From contig CANSQX010000001.1 in assembly GCA_947649225.1 (NCBI GenBank), positions 1 through 62,453 on the forward strand: a DNA stretch of 62,453 nucleotides, in the 5' to 3' direction. The notes under the pieces were generated by a model that was not told the DNA's origin, made no database searches, and saw nothing but the letters and a program-made list of their open reading frames with translations. Origin of the DNA: an uncultured Flavonifractor sp. (GTDB lineage: Bacteria > Bacillota > Clostridia > Oscillospirales > Oscillospiraceae). Positions 1 through 8,855 of this stretch are shown here, in pieces. Numbering within the stretch: the stretch's first letter is position 1; the number at the start of each line of letters is the position of its first letter. The position numbers and the translations under genes were made by a program.

Positions 1-63
1 GATCAGTGGGCGCCCCCTGGCTGCGTTTATGCGGTTTTCAAGCACAACATACCGGGCAATGAG

Positions 64-114
64 CCTTACTGGAGGAGCTGGAGCACGCCCTGGGGCACCT
101 GGTTCGCCTGAGCC
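64..114 (-). repeat. Orphan copy of the flagellin 3' end (last 15 codons + TAA), an exact 51-nt direct repeat of 279..329
   Basis: Base-by-base comparison: 64..114 equals 279..329 (ccttactggaggagctggagcacgccctggggcacctggttcgcctgagcc). The flanking bases differ (63 vs 278, 115 vs 330). Confidence 0.9.
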
Positions 115-280
115 GCGTCGCCGCAAAGTCCGCTAAGCTCCGCTTCCGCCTCGCGGCGAAAGCTGCACACGCTCCCTTGCTCCTCCGCTCCCCACGCGAC
201 CCGCTTCGCTGGGCTCGCGCGGGGGCCCCGCCATGCTGGCTCAGGCAGGGACGGCGCTCACGCCGCCCGCAAGTTCTCCC

Positions 281-2392
281 TTACTGGAGGAGCTGGAGCA
301 CGCCCTGGGGCACCTGGTTCGCCTGAGCCAGCATGGCCTGGGCGGACTGGATCAGGATGTTGTTCTTCGTGTAGGCCATCATCTCCTCGGCCACGTCCAC
401 GTCGCGGATGGTGGACTCAGCGTCCTGGATGTTCTCGGTCATCACGCTCAGGTTGTTGATGGTGTGGTCCAGACGGTTCTGGGTCGCACCCAGGGTGCCG
501 CGGACGTCGGAGACCATGTTGATGGCGGCCTTAATCTTGTCGGTAGCGGCCTGGGCCAGCTCCTCGGTGTTGATCTTCAGGTCCTTGATGCCCAGGGAAG
601 CGGCGTGCATATCCTGCACGGCCACGTTCAGCTGATTGTAGCTGTCGGCGGTGTCGCCGATCTGGAGGGTCAGGCCCTTGCCCAGCACCACGGGAGCCTT
701 GTCTTTGGCCGTGGCAGCGCGGACGGTGACGGTGTTGGTGCCCTCGTCGTACTCGGAACCGCTGATGGCGGCGGCCAGGTTCTTGCCAGCGCCGCCCTTA
801 ATGGCCACGTAGGTGATGTCGCCGCCGGTCTGGGCCAGCTTATCCTTGTCATCGGTGAACTCGTACCGCTTGCCGTCGATGGTCAGGGTGTTACCCTCTA
901 CAACCTTATCGTCGGTGACGGCGATCTTGGTGCCGATGTTCTTGGCGGCAGTGGCGGCGGCCTGACCGGAAATCACAGAGGCCACATCGTTATAAGTCTT
1001 GAGGGCCTTAGTGGTATCGGTGGTGCCGGCAGTCTGGTCGATGTGGATGGTGTCATTACCCGCAGAGGAAATCGTCCACTTACGGCCATTAGCGGTGCCG
1101 CCAGCGTCCTTACCAGTAATTTCATTCTGCTTGGACAGGAGGTCGACAGCCATGTGGATGCGTTCCTCATCGGTTTTGCCCTTGCTGACATCAATGATGG
1201 TTTCACCATTGCTGGCAGTCGGCGCAGTGGCTTCGGTCTGGAACATATACGTGGTGCCGTCGATGGTCAGGGTATTGCCCTGCTTCACCAGATCGGCAGT
1301 CAGTTTGATGTCCACACCGGCCATAGTGCTGGGACTCTTGGCGACGGCGTAGTCAACCTTGGTGGTGTCATGAATCACGTCACCAGTCTGAACCGCGCCG
1401 CCAGCGTTGGAAACCTTAACGCCCTGGCCCATGGCGGTATTAATAGCATCAGCCTGTTCCTTGGTAAACCCATCGGTATCAGTGGCGGTAGGTTTAAAGG
1501 TAGTACCGTCAAACCGTCCGGCATAAGTGAACGAAATCTCCGCGCCGGTTCCACCAACGGTAAACACCATGTCCCCAATCTTGAAGCCGTCATTATTGGC
1601 GGTAGTGGTGCCATCGTGGGTGCCGTCGGCAACCTTCACAGCGTTGGCATCTTTCTGGAGCGCGGTTTTCAGGGCGGTAGCCAGGTCACTGGCGGAGTAG
1701 TTGCCGTCACCGCCAGAGCCGCCAGTGGCGGTCAGTGCAATATCAAAATCCTTGCCCAGAATGTTGATCTTCGCGGTGCCATTAGCAGTTGCTTTCAGCG
1801 CGAGGCTACCAAGGTCAATGGTGAAAGCGGGAGGAGTCTGAGTGGCGACGCCGCTTACCTCCGTGTGCAGATTAGCATTATTCAGGGCCAGATCAGAGCC
1901 AGCGATGGCACCGGTGCTGGCCTCCACAGCCGCAGCATCGGAGAAGCTGAAAGCGTCCTTATTCAGGCCCAGGGAGCCGTCCAGCAGGTTAATGCCGTTG
2001 AAGTTGGAGCTGTCGGCGATACGGTTGATCTCGCTGAGGAGCTGGTCAACCTCCTTCTGCATCTGGGCGCGGTCGGTGGTGTTGTCATAAGTGCCGTTGG
2101 CGGACTGGGTGGCCAGCTCCACCATACGGTTGAGCATGTCGTGGACCTCCGTGAGCGCGCCCTCGGCGGTCTGCACGAGGGAGATGCCGTCCTTCGCGTT
2201 CTTCTGGGCGGTCTCCAGGCCGGTGATCTGGGCGCGCATCTTCTCGGAGATGGCCAGACCGGCGGCATCGTCGCCCGCACGGTTGATCTTGTAGCCGGAG
2301 GAGAGCTTCTCCAGGTTCTTCTTCATCGCGGACACGTTGTTGGTGTAGTTGCGATAGGCACTCATTGCCATAATATTATGCTGAATACGCAT
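281..2392 (-). CDS. fliC: Flagellin, 703 aa, with a very large central variable domain
   Basis: N-terminus MRIQHNIMAMSAYRNY...INRAGDDAAGLAISEKMRAQITGL and C-terminus ...TKNNILIQSAQAMLAQANQVPQGVLQLLQ are the canonical flagellin D0/D1 ends. RBS ggaagga lies upstream of the ATG. Confidence 0.95.
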   Translation of the reverse strand: MRIQHNIMAMSAYRNYTNNVSAMKKNLEKLSSGYKINRAGDDAAGLAISEKMRAQITGLETAQKNAKDGISLVQTAEGALTEVHDMLNRMVELATQSANGTYDNTTDRAQMQKEVDQLLSEINRIADSSNFNGINLLDGSLGLNKDAFSFSDAAAVEASTGAIAGSDLALNNANLHTEVSGVATQTPPAFTIDLGSLALKATANGTAKINILGKDFDIALTATGGSGGDGNYSASDLATALKTALQKDANAVKVADGTHDGTTTANNDGFKIGDMVFTVGGTGAEISFTYAGRFDGTTFKPTATDTDGFTKEQADAINTAMGQGVKVSNAGGAVQTGDVIHDTTKVDYAVAKSPSTMAGVDIKLTADLVKQGNTLTIDGTTYMFQTEATAPTASNGETIIDVSKGKTDEERIHMAVDLLSKQNEITGKDAGGTANGRKWTISSAGNDTIHIDQTAGTTDTTKALKTYNDVASVISGQAAATAAKNIGTKIAVTDDKVVEGNTLTIDGKRYEFTDDKDKLAQTGGDITYVAIKGGAGKNLAAAISGSEYDEGTNTVTVRAATAKDKAPVVLGKGLTLQIGDTADSYNQLNVAVQDMHAASLGIKDLKINTEELAQAATDKIKAAINMVSDVRGTLGATQNRLDHTINNLSVMTENIQDAESTIRDVDVAEEMMAYTKNNILIQSAQAMLAQANQVPQGVLQLLQ

Positions 2393-2407
2393 GGGGTCTT
2401 GACTCCT

Positions 2408-2441
2408 TCCATTTATTAGTGTGCCTCAGAACATCCATTTA
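2408..2441 (-). promoter_or_regulatory. Two TAAATGGA motifs in the flagellin 5' leader, one overlapping the SD; candidate CsrA binding sites
   Basis: Minus-strand reading: ggTAAATGGAtg (2434..2441) and aaTAAATGGAaggag (2408..2415), 26 nt apart. GGA cores, the second inside the RBS. Confidence 0.4.
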
Positions 2442-2556
2442 CCAAGGCACAGGTCTGTGGTGCGCCGTTTCCCGGTATCCGGCCGGGCTGCCAGGGCACA
2501 GCGCGGGACAATATTCCAACCGGCTCGTCAGCCGGGTGAAACCAGGGGAAAACCGC

Positions 2557-2898
2557 TCAGCCGCCCTGCGGCTGCGGGAACATGAGGTTCAGCTTTCTTC
2601 GCAGAATCCGGACCTCCGGGGTGTCGCTCATCTTGTCCAGCGTGGCGCGCATTTCGGCCAGCGCCGCGCTTTTGGCCCGGCTCCAAGGGAGCTGCCTGAC
2701 CGCGTGGGGCGAGGCCCGCGATACGCACTCCGGCCGCTTGCCGCCCTGCCGCTCCAGCACCTCGCCCCGGAGAATGGGGACGGTCTGGGGGGCGTGGACA
2801 GCCAGGTGAATCCGCTCGCCGGTGATCCGGTCAAACTGAACCACGGTGTCGCCGCCCATCGTGAAATAATCGCCCGGTTTGAGGGTGATACAAAGCAT
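2557..2898 (-). CDS. csrA: CsrA-family translational regulator with a long C-terminal extension (113 aa)
   Basis: MLCITLKPGDYFTMGGDTVVQFDRITGERIHLAVHAPQTVPILRGEVLERQ aligns with the CsrA fold pattern (G.D..V......G....L...AP....I.R.E). ATG at 2898 is preceded by aaggaga. The track ORF start at 3009 has no RBS. Confidence 0.8.
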   Translation of the reverse strand: MLCITLKPGDYFTMGGDTVVQFDRITGERIHLAVHAPQTVPILRGEVLERQGGKRPECVSRASPHAVRQLPWSRAKSAALAEMRATLDKMSDTPEVRILRRKLNLMFPQPQGG

Positions 2899-3290
2899 CG
2901 CGCAATCTCCTTCTTGGTCGGACCTCATCCTTTGGGCTGCCCGGCCGCCGCACCGGACGGCGGACAGAACGTCCCCCGGGCCGCAGGCGCACACCCTGCG
3001 CCGCCCCAAAAAGCGCCTCCTTTGGCGTGTAAGCTCCGCGGGCCGTTCACCTATTTATTCGGCGGTACTTCCAAAAAGTTTAGCCATTTCTAAGAATTTT
3101 TTCACATGAACTTCGCCGGGCGGGCCTGAAACCGGAAAATACTCTCTTTTTTATCTGCGGTTTTCCAGCAAAAAGCGCGGGGCGGCCGCCGGTTATGAAT
3201 ACCGGTTCTGAGCAGCTGTGCCAATCGCCTCCGTACGCATCTTTGCGCGCTTCGCCGAATGGTACGGCTTCTTAGAGAAAGACTTGGAGA

Positions 3291-3319
3291 TTGCCATGGT
3301 ACGGTTTCCATGGTAAAAT
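3291..3319 (+). promoter_or_regulatory. Sigma-A-type promoter TTGCCA-N17-TAAAAT with a TGn extended -10
   Basis: ttgcca at 3291..3296, 17-nt spacer, tgg-taaaat ending at 3319. It lies 38 nt upstream of the lipoprotein ATG. Confidence 0.5.
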
Positions 3320-3356
3320 TCCACCGTCCGCCGGACGGCGCTTTGGAGGTATTGCG

Positions 3357-5609
3357 ATGAAACGACAACTGAGACGAATGGGGATCGGGCTGCTGGTCCT
3401 GGCGCTCCTGCTGCCCGCCGCCGGGTGCGGCGGGGATGCGGGGGGCTCCGCCGCCATGGGGCGGTATGTGGAGCGCACCCTCTCCCTGCCCCCTACTGCG
3501 GAAATCCTGGCGCTCCAGGCGGGGGAGGACGGGGTCCTGAACCTGCTGGGCTATGAGAAGGGGGCCGATCACTATGTGGATCTGGCCTGGTACCGCTCCA
3601 GCGACGGCGGCATGAGCTGGGAGCGCGAGGACTGCCCCGCCCTGGAGGAGATCAACGGCGTAGAGGAGCCCCTCTCCGCCGAGGCCGCAGCCTGGAGCGG
3701 GGACGGCCGGCTCCACCTCCTCCTGGGCGACTACGAGAACACCCCCAGGCTCGCCGTGACCGAGGCGGGCGGGACCCTCTCCTATTCGCCCCTCTCCCTC
3801 CCGGACGAGCTCTTCCACCTGTCCGTCCAGCATATGGCGGTCACCGAAGCGGGGGATCTGCTCATCGACAGCGGAGAGGCCCTGAGCCGGGTGGACGGCT
3901 CCACCGGGGCGGTTCTGAACACCTACCCCCTCCCCGATGACACCTGGGTGGACGGCTGGGCCCTGAACGGGGACGCCGTCCTCCTGTCCTGCGGCGATCA
4001 GCTGGTCTTCTACACCCTGGACGGCGCACAGACCGGCACGGTGAGCTGCGCGGTCAACGACGGCAGCACCAGAGCCACCTACACCTACCAGACCGGCACC
4101 AGCAGGCGGGTCCTGGCCCCCGGCCCGGACGGCTCCTTCTACTTTGCCGACGCCGACGGACTGTGCCGGGTCCTCCCGGGCAGCAGCGTGCTGGAACGGC
4201 TGGCCGACGCCTCCCTCACCTCGCTGGGAGCCCCCTCCCTCCAGCGGGTCAGCCTGACCGCAGCGGGGGACCGGCTCCTGCTGCTGGGATACGAGGAGGG
4301 GAGCGGCTACGTCCTGCTAGCCTATGCGTACGACCCCGACGTGCCCACCCTGCCGGGGCAGGCGCTGTCCGTCTGGTCCCTCCAGGACTCCCCCCTGATC
4401 CGCCAGACCATCAGCGCCTTCCACACCGGCCATCCCGACGTCCACGTCACCTACCGCCCCGCCCTGACGGAGGGGAGCGCCGTGACCCGGGAGGACGCCA
4501 TCCGGGCGCTGAATACCGAGCTGGCCGCCGGGCGGGGCCCCGACGTCCTGCTCCTGGACGGCCTCAACGCCGGGGATTACATCCAGAAGGAGACCCTGGC
4601 CGACCTGTCGGACCTCCTGGAGCCCCTGATCCAGGACGGGACCCTCCACCCCGCCGCAGCCCGGTCCTTTGCCCAGGAAGACGGAAGCCTCCCTGTGGTC
4701 CCCGCCCAGTTCCAGGTCCCCATGATCCACGCCCCCGGAAACGCGGCGGACGAGATCACGGATCTCTCCTCCATGCTCGCCTGGCTGAGCGCCCGCCGGG
4801 AGACCTTCAACCACCCCCTGCCCTTTACGGACTGGTCCGAATACCTGGATTTCTTCTACCCCCTGTGCGCCGCCTCCCTCACCCGCGAGGACGGCACGGT
4901 GGACGAGGCGGCGCTGACCGCCTTCCTCTCCGAACTGGCCGCCCTCTATGAGCTGGAGCGCACCCACCCCATCGACGACGCGGCCGGAAACGGTATCTCC
5001 TTCGACTTCGGAGCCCTGCTCCTGTCGGCGGGGGCGTCCGGGCTGAACACAGGCAACCTGTGCGGCTTCGAAAACCTCTATGCCGCCTGGCAGGTGACCC
5101 AGAACCTGGGGGACGGGCAGATCGATCTGCTCTTTGGACAAAACCGCTTCCTGCCGGTCTCGCTGCTGGGGGTCAACGCCCGGAGCGAGGCCGCCGGTCC
5201 GGCCCGGGACTTTGTTCTGGCCGCCCTGTCCGCTCCGGTCCAGTCCTCCCCCCTGGAGGACGGCCTCCCCGTGCGGCTGGACGCCCTCGCCGGAAGCAGC
5301 CAGATCGACGAGGAGAAAAGCCGCCTGTTTGAGCCGGGCGAGCCGGTCCCCTATGCCACCTTCGGCACCACCCTGACCGATGCCGAGGGGGCGGACGCCC
5401 CCATCTGGCTCACCATCGAATACCCACCCGAGGAATTCCGGAATGAAATGCTGGCCCGCATCCAGGCGCTGGATACGCCGGTGCTCTATGACGGCACGGC
5501 CCTCCAGCTCATCAAGGACCACACCGCCGCCCTGGCCAGCGGCTCCGCGCCGCTGGAGGAGGTCCTTCCGGACCTGCTGGAAAAACTGGCCCTCTATCAG
5601 GCCGAGTAG
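3357..5609 (+). CDS. Secreted lipoprotein; N-terminal region with a BNR/Asp-box-like motif, C-terminal half resembling an extracellular solute-binding protein
   Basis: MKRQLRRMGIGLLVLALLLPAAGCGG is a signal peptide with a lipobox. RBS ggaggt. YRSSDGGMSWE is an Asp-box-like motif. GRGPDVLLLDGLNAGDYIQKETLADLSDLLEP is SBP-like. Confidence 0.75.
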   Translation: MKRQLRRMGIGLLVLALLLPAAGCGGDAGGSAAMGRYVERTLSLPPTAEILALQAGEDGVLNLLGYEKGADHYVDLAWYRSSDGGMSWEREDCPALEEINGVEEPLSAEAAAWSGDGRLHLLLGDYENTPRLAVTEAGGTLSYSPLSLPDELFHLSVQHMAVTEAGDLLIDSGEALSRVDGSTGAVLNTYPLPDDTWVDGWALNGDAVLLSCGDQLVFYTLDGAQTGTVSCAVNDGSTRATYTYQTGTSRRVLAPGPDGSFYFADADGLCRVLPGSSVLERLADASLTSLGAPSLQRVSLTAAGDRLLLLGYEEGSGYVLLAYAYDPDVPTLPGQALSVWSLQDSPLIRQTISAFHTGHPDVHVTYRPALTEGSAVTREDAIRALNTELAAGRGPDVLLLDGLNAGDYIQKETLADLSDLLEPLIQDGTLHPAAARSFAQEDGSLPVVPAQFQVPMIHAPGNAADEITDLSSMLAWLSARRETFNHPLPFTDWSEYLDFFYPLCAASLTREDGTVDEAALTAFLSELAALYELERTHPIDDAAGNGISFDFGALLLSAGASGLNTGNLCGFENLYAAWQVTQNLGDGQIDLLFGQNRFLPVSLLGVNARSEAAGPARDFVLAALSAPVQSSPLEDGLPVRLDALAGSSQIDEEKSRLFEPGEPVPYATFGTTLTDAEGADAPIWLTIEYPPEEFRNEMLARIQALDTPVLYDGTALQLIKDHTAALASGSAPLEEVLPDLLEKLALYQAE

Positions 5610-5640
5610 CCGCCCCACACGGCGGGGCGCAGGCGAAAGC

Positions 5641-5682
5641 AAACAGGGAACCGGAGCGCCGGCGCGCTCCGGTTCCCTGTTT
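5641..5682. terminator. Perfect 19-bp stem hairpin between convergent genes (bidirectional terminator)
   Basis: aaacagggaaccggagcgc-cggc-gcgctccggttccctgttt, with A-run and T-run flanks built into the stem. Confidence 0.7.
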
Positions 5683-5718
5683 GTCCCGATCCTGACTCTC
5701 CCCCTGGCCCCGGGCCGT

Positions 5719-6579
5719 CTACGACGCCCCCCGCAGGAACGCCCGGATCTCCGGCAGCTTTGCCGCGGCCTGATCATAGCCGTCCTGCCAGAGGGCCCGG
5801 ATCTTCGCCACATCCCGCTCCGTCCTGGAAAACCCCTGGGTATTTTTCGGGGCCAGAAGCAGCACCCGGCCCTCCCGCTCCAGGCGGAAGAGCTCCTCCC
5901 GGGCGGCGTTGTAGGCCTGGTCCCGGCGGCGGAGGGTGTCGCAGAATTTAGGGTACTTCCGGTACCAGCGGTCGATGAGGGGCTGGAGCTTCTCCGGCCG
6001 GCGCACGTAGTCCCGCTCCCGGGTGAGGATCACCACCACCCGGCCGCACCCCTTCTCGAAGGCCCTCCGGTAGGGGATGGCGTCGGCCGCGCCGCCGTCC
6101 ATACAGGGCATCCCCCCAATGTCAAACACCGGAAACAGAAAGGGCAGGGCACAGGTGGCCTGGAGCAGGTGGAAGTGGTCGTCCCGCTGGGGGACCGGGA
6201 GATAGACCGCCTCCCCGCTCTCCAGATTGGTGACCACCGCCTCCACCTCGCCGGGGAAGGCGGCATAGGCGTCATAGTCAAAGGGGATCAGCTGGTTGGG
6301 GATGGTATTGTAGATAAAATCCAGGCCGAAGTAGCACCGCCGGTTACCCCGGCGGAAAAAATTCCGCGCGCCCATGTAGCGGGGGTCCCCGCCGTAGCGG
6401 GTGAGAATCTCCAGGTTGCGCCCCTTCTGCCTGGACACATAGCTCACGCCGTAGGCGATGCCCGCCGACACGCCGATCACATAGTCGGTCATGACCTCCC
6501 CCTCCAGCAGGCCGTCGCAGGCCCCGCTGGAGAAGATGGTCCGGAAGGCTCCGCCCTCCAGTACCAGTCCGGTTTTCAT
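5719..6579 (-). CDS. Patatin-like phospholipase
   Basis: LVLEGGAFRTIFSSGACDGLL (oxyanion glycine-rich motif) and GVSAGIAYG (GxSxG nucleophile elbow). Confidence 0.85.
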   Translation of the reverse strand: MKTGLVLEGGAFRTIFSSGACDGLLEGEVMTDYVIGVSAGIAYGVSYVSRQKGRNLEILTRYGGDPRYMGARNFFRRGNRRCYFGLDFIYNTIPNQLIPFDYDAYAAFPGEVEAVVTNLESGEAVYLPVPQRDDHFHLLQATCALPFLFPVFDIGGMPCMDGGAADAIPYRRAFEKGCGRVVVILTRERDYVRRPEKLQPLIDRWYRKYPKFCDTLRRRDQAYNAAREELFRLEREGRVLLLAPKNTQGFSRTERDVAKIRALWQDGYDQAAAKLPEIRAFLRGAS

Positions 6580-6663
6580 AGGATTCCCTCCTGTCTGCCT
6601 CCATCATACGCCAAACCAGCCCAAAATGCAACGGCTGCGGCCCCCTGCCGCGCCATTTTCCGC

Positions 6664-6692
6664 TTGACAGCGGCGGGTCCGGGTGGTATCCT
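6664..6692 (+). promoter_or_regulatory. Promoter TTGACA-N17-TATCCT upstream of marR
   Basis: ttgaca at 6664..6669, 17-nt spacer, tatcct at 6687..6692. It is followed by the short dyad tcgtt...aacga. Confidence 0.5.
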
Positions 6693-6734
6693 GTCGTTAA
6701 GTTGAAAATCGAACGATTGAAAGGAGAACATTTT

Positions 6735-7172
6735 ATGCAGACCTATGCCGCCCTGCTGCGGCTGTCCGCCCGGCTCAAGCAGGGCTATGCCGCCGCCCTG
6801 CTGCCGGTGGAGCGGGCCTGGGGCCTGACCCGGAACGAACTGGACGTCCTCCTGTTCCTCGCCAACAACCCGGGCTGCGACACGGCCCGGGACATGGTGG
6901 AGCTGCGGGGGCTCTCCAAATCCCATGTGTGCAAATCGGTGGACCGGCTCACCCGGCTGGGCTATCTGACCGGACAGACCGACCGGGAGGACCGGCGGGT
7001 GGTCCGGCTGACCCTGCTGCCCGGGGCGGAGCCCGCCGTCCAGGCCGCCCAGGCCGCCCAGCGCGCCTTTTTCGAGCATCTCTGCCGCGGGGTGAGTCCC
7101 GGGGAGCTGGCCGCCCTGGACGGCATTCTGGCGCGGTTCACCGCCAATCTGGAGGAGGCGCCCCTATGCTGA
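6735..7172 (+). CDS. MarR-family transcriptional regulator
   Basis: Winged-helix core LTRNELDVLLFLANNPGCDTARDMVELRGLSKSHVCKSVDRLTRLGYLTGQTDREDRRVVRLTL. ATG at 6735 is preceded by aaaggaga. The TTG at 6702 in the track has no RBS. Confidence 0.85.
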   Translation: MQTYAALLRLSARLKQGYAAALLPVERAWGLTRNELDVLLFLANNPGCDTARDMVELRGLSKSHVCKSVDRLTRLGYLTGQTDREDRRVVRLTLLPGAEPAVQAAQAAQRAFFEHLCRGVSPGELAALDGILARFTANLEEAPLC

Positions 7173-7936
7173 TCCAGGTGCTTGTCTGCATCATCGCCGG
7201 GCTGGGGGCCGGGGTGGGGACCGGGCTGGCCGGGCTGTCGGCCGCCGCCGTCATCTCCCCCATGCTCATCACCTTCCTGGGCTTTCCCGCCTATGAGGCG
7301 GTGGGGATCGCCCTGGCCTCCGACGTGCTGGCCTCGGCCGCCTCGGCGGCCACCTATGGAAAAAACAAGAACCTGGACGTGAAAAACGGCCTGGTGATGC
7401 TGTGCGCCGTCCTGGCCTTCACCGTGGTGGGCAGCAAGGCCGCCTCTCTGGTTCCCAACGCTGCGATGGGGGGCTTTTCGGTCTTCATGACCCTCCTGCT
7501 GGGCGTCAAGTTCCTCCTCTGCCCGGTCCTGACCGCCAGGGAGCCGGGGGAGCAGAAGTCCCTGCGCCGGCGGGTGGTCCAGTCTATCCTCTGCGGCGCG
7601 GCCGTGGGGTTCATCTGCGGTTTTATCGGCGCGGGCGGCGGCATGATGCTGCTGCTGATCCTCACCAGCGTTCTGGGCTACGAGCTCAAGACCGCCGTGG
7701 GCACCAGCGTCTTTATCATGGCCTTTACGGCCTTTACCGGCGCGGCCTCTCACATCGCCATCGACGGCTGGCCCGACCCCGTTGCCCTGATCGTCTGTAT
7801 CCTCGCCACCCTGGCCGGGGCGCAGCTTGCCGCCCGCTTTGCCAACCGGGCCAGCCCGGCGGCCCTCAACCGGGTCACTGGCGCGGTGCTGGCCGTCCTG
7901 GGTCTGGCCATGATTCTGGTCAAATTTCTTCTCTGA
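7166..7936 (+). CDS. TauE/SafE (DUF81) family anion exporter
   Basis: Polytopic membrane protein MLIQVLVCIIAGLGAGVGTGLAGLSAAAVISPML... with an internal repeat (...GFICGFIGAGGGMMLLLIL). The ATG overlaps the marR stop (ATGCTGA). Confidence 0.85.
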   Translation: MLIQVLVCIIAGLGAGVGTGLAGLSAAAVISPMLITFLGFPAYEAVGIALASDVLASAASAATYGKNKNLDVKNGLVMLCAVLAFTVVGSKAASLVPNAAMGGFSVFMTLLLGVKFLLCPVLTAREPGEQKSLRRRVVQSILCGAAVGFICGFIGAGGGMMLLLILTSVLGYELKTAVGTSVFIMAFTAFTGAASHIAIDGWPDPVALIVCILATLAGAQLAARFANRASPAALNRVTGAVLAVLGLAMILVKFLL

Positions 7937-7961
7937 GCGAAAACGGCTCTGGCAGAAACGC

Positions 7962-8015
7962 ACAGCCGTGCGCCGGGGCGTCCCCCTGCGGGACCCCGAG
8001 CGCACGGCTGTTTTG
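7962..8015 (+). terminator. Rho-independent terminator after the TauE gene
   Basis: 12-bp stem acagccgtgcgc / gcgcacggctgt enclosing a second small hairpin, followed by TTTTGGCATTTTATT. Confidence 0.6.
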
Positions 8016-8071
8016 GCATTTTATTCCGGGGAGCGCCGGTGCGGGCCGCCGCTGCGGCCCGGGCGGGGGCA

Positions 8072-8779
8072 CTACGTCTCCTCTTCCTTCAAGGGCAGGG
8101 GCTCGGGGACGGCGGGCCCCATAGCGGACTGATAGGTGTGGAGCAGAGCGGCCAAGGCCGCATCCCCCTCGTCAAACTGACCCATCAGCCCGTCCAGGCT
8201 CTTGCGCACCCGCTCCAGCTCGCCGGAGGCGTGGGCAATGGTGGCGTCTACATCGGTGCGCAGGCGGTCATACCCCGCCTGGACCTGGTAGATCCACTGC
8301 TCCAGCTCGGCCCGGGCCTGCCGGGACTTGTCCCGGGCGTCGTCCTCGATCTCCTGGGCCCGGCGGTGGGCCTCCAGCTCCACCCCGGCGGTGCGGTTTT
8401 TGATCCGCTCGTAGGACTCGGCGGCAGGGGCGATCCGGGCAAGATGGGCCCGCAGCTCCCCCAGCTCCCGGTCCAGATCGGCCAGCCGCCTGTCCCGGGC
8501 GTCCCGGTCGGCCCGGGCGTCCTCCAGGTCCTTGGTGCCGGCCGCCAGCTCTCCGGCCAGACGGGCGTTCTCCTGGGCCAGCTCCTCCGCCCGCCGGACG
8601 GCGGCGGCGCACTCCTCTGCCTGGGCGGCCTGGGCGGCCTGGGCGGCCGCCAGCTCCTTGCTCTGTGCCTCCTGCTGCTCGGCATGGCTCCGGGCCGTAC
8701 TCTCCAGGTAGGCCAGTACGTCCTGCTTGTTGAACCCCCCAAAGGTTGCGGTCCTGAATTGCAGCTCCGTGTCGCTCAT
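8072..8779 (-). CDS. DivIVA-domain coiled-coil protein
   Basis: N-terminus MSDTELQFRTATFGGFNKQDVLAYLE is the DivIVA-type motif. The remainder is an Ala/Glu/Arg-rich coiled coil. Confidence 0.7.
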   Translation of the reverse strand: MSDTELQFRTATFGGFNKQDVLAYLESTARSHAEQQEAQSKELAAAQAAQAAQAEECAAAVRRAEELAQENARLAGELAAGTKDLEDARADRDARDRRLADLDRELGELRAHLARIAPAAESYERIKNRTAGVELEAHRRAQEIEDDARDKSRQARAELEQWIYQVQAGYDRLRTDVDATIAHASGELERVRKSLDGLMGQFDEGDAALAALLHTYQSAMGPAVPEPLPLKEEET

Positions 8780-8825
8780 GGCGGACTCCTCTCCGAAAAA
8801 CGGCGTTTTCTACAGTATCATTGCT

Positions 8826-8855
8826 ATTGTACCACATTTCACACCGATTGTACAA
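8826..8855 (-). promoter_or_regulatory. Promoter TTGTAC-N18-TACAAT (TGn extended -10) for the DivIVA-like gene
   Basis: Minus-strand reading: cTTGTACaatcggtgtgaaatgTGgTACAATagc. Confidence 0.45.

Noticed and set aside
233-2419. 728-aa plus-strand ORF covering the whole flagellin locus
   Set aside because: It is the antisense shadow of an unmistakable flagellin gene. The product is Gly/Val/Leu/His-rich low complexity, with no RBS and no family resemblance.
2420-2556. Search for a sigma-28 (TAAA-N15-GCCGATAA) promoter in front of the flagellin gene
   Set aside because: The only weak resemblance is GCCGGATA, with no TAAA at the right distance. I cannot support a call.
3102-3833. 243-aa minus-strand ORF in and beyond the csrA/lipoprotein spacer
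   Set aside because: It overlaps the 5' part of the lipoprotein gene in antisense. It has no RBS and a low-complexity product.
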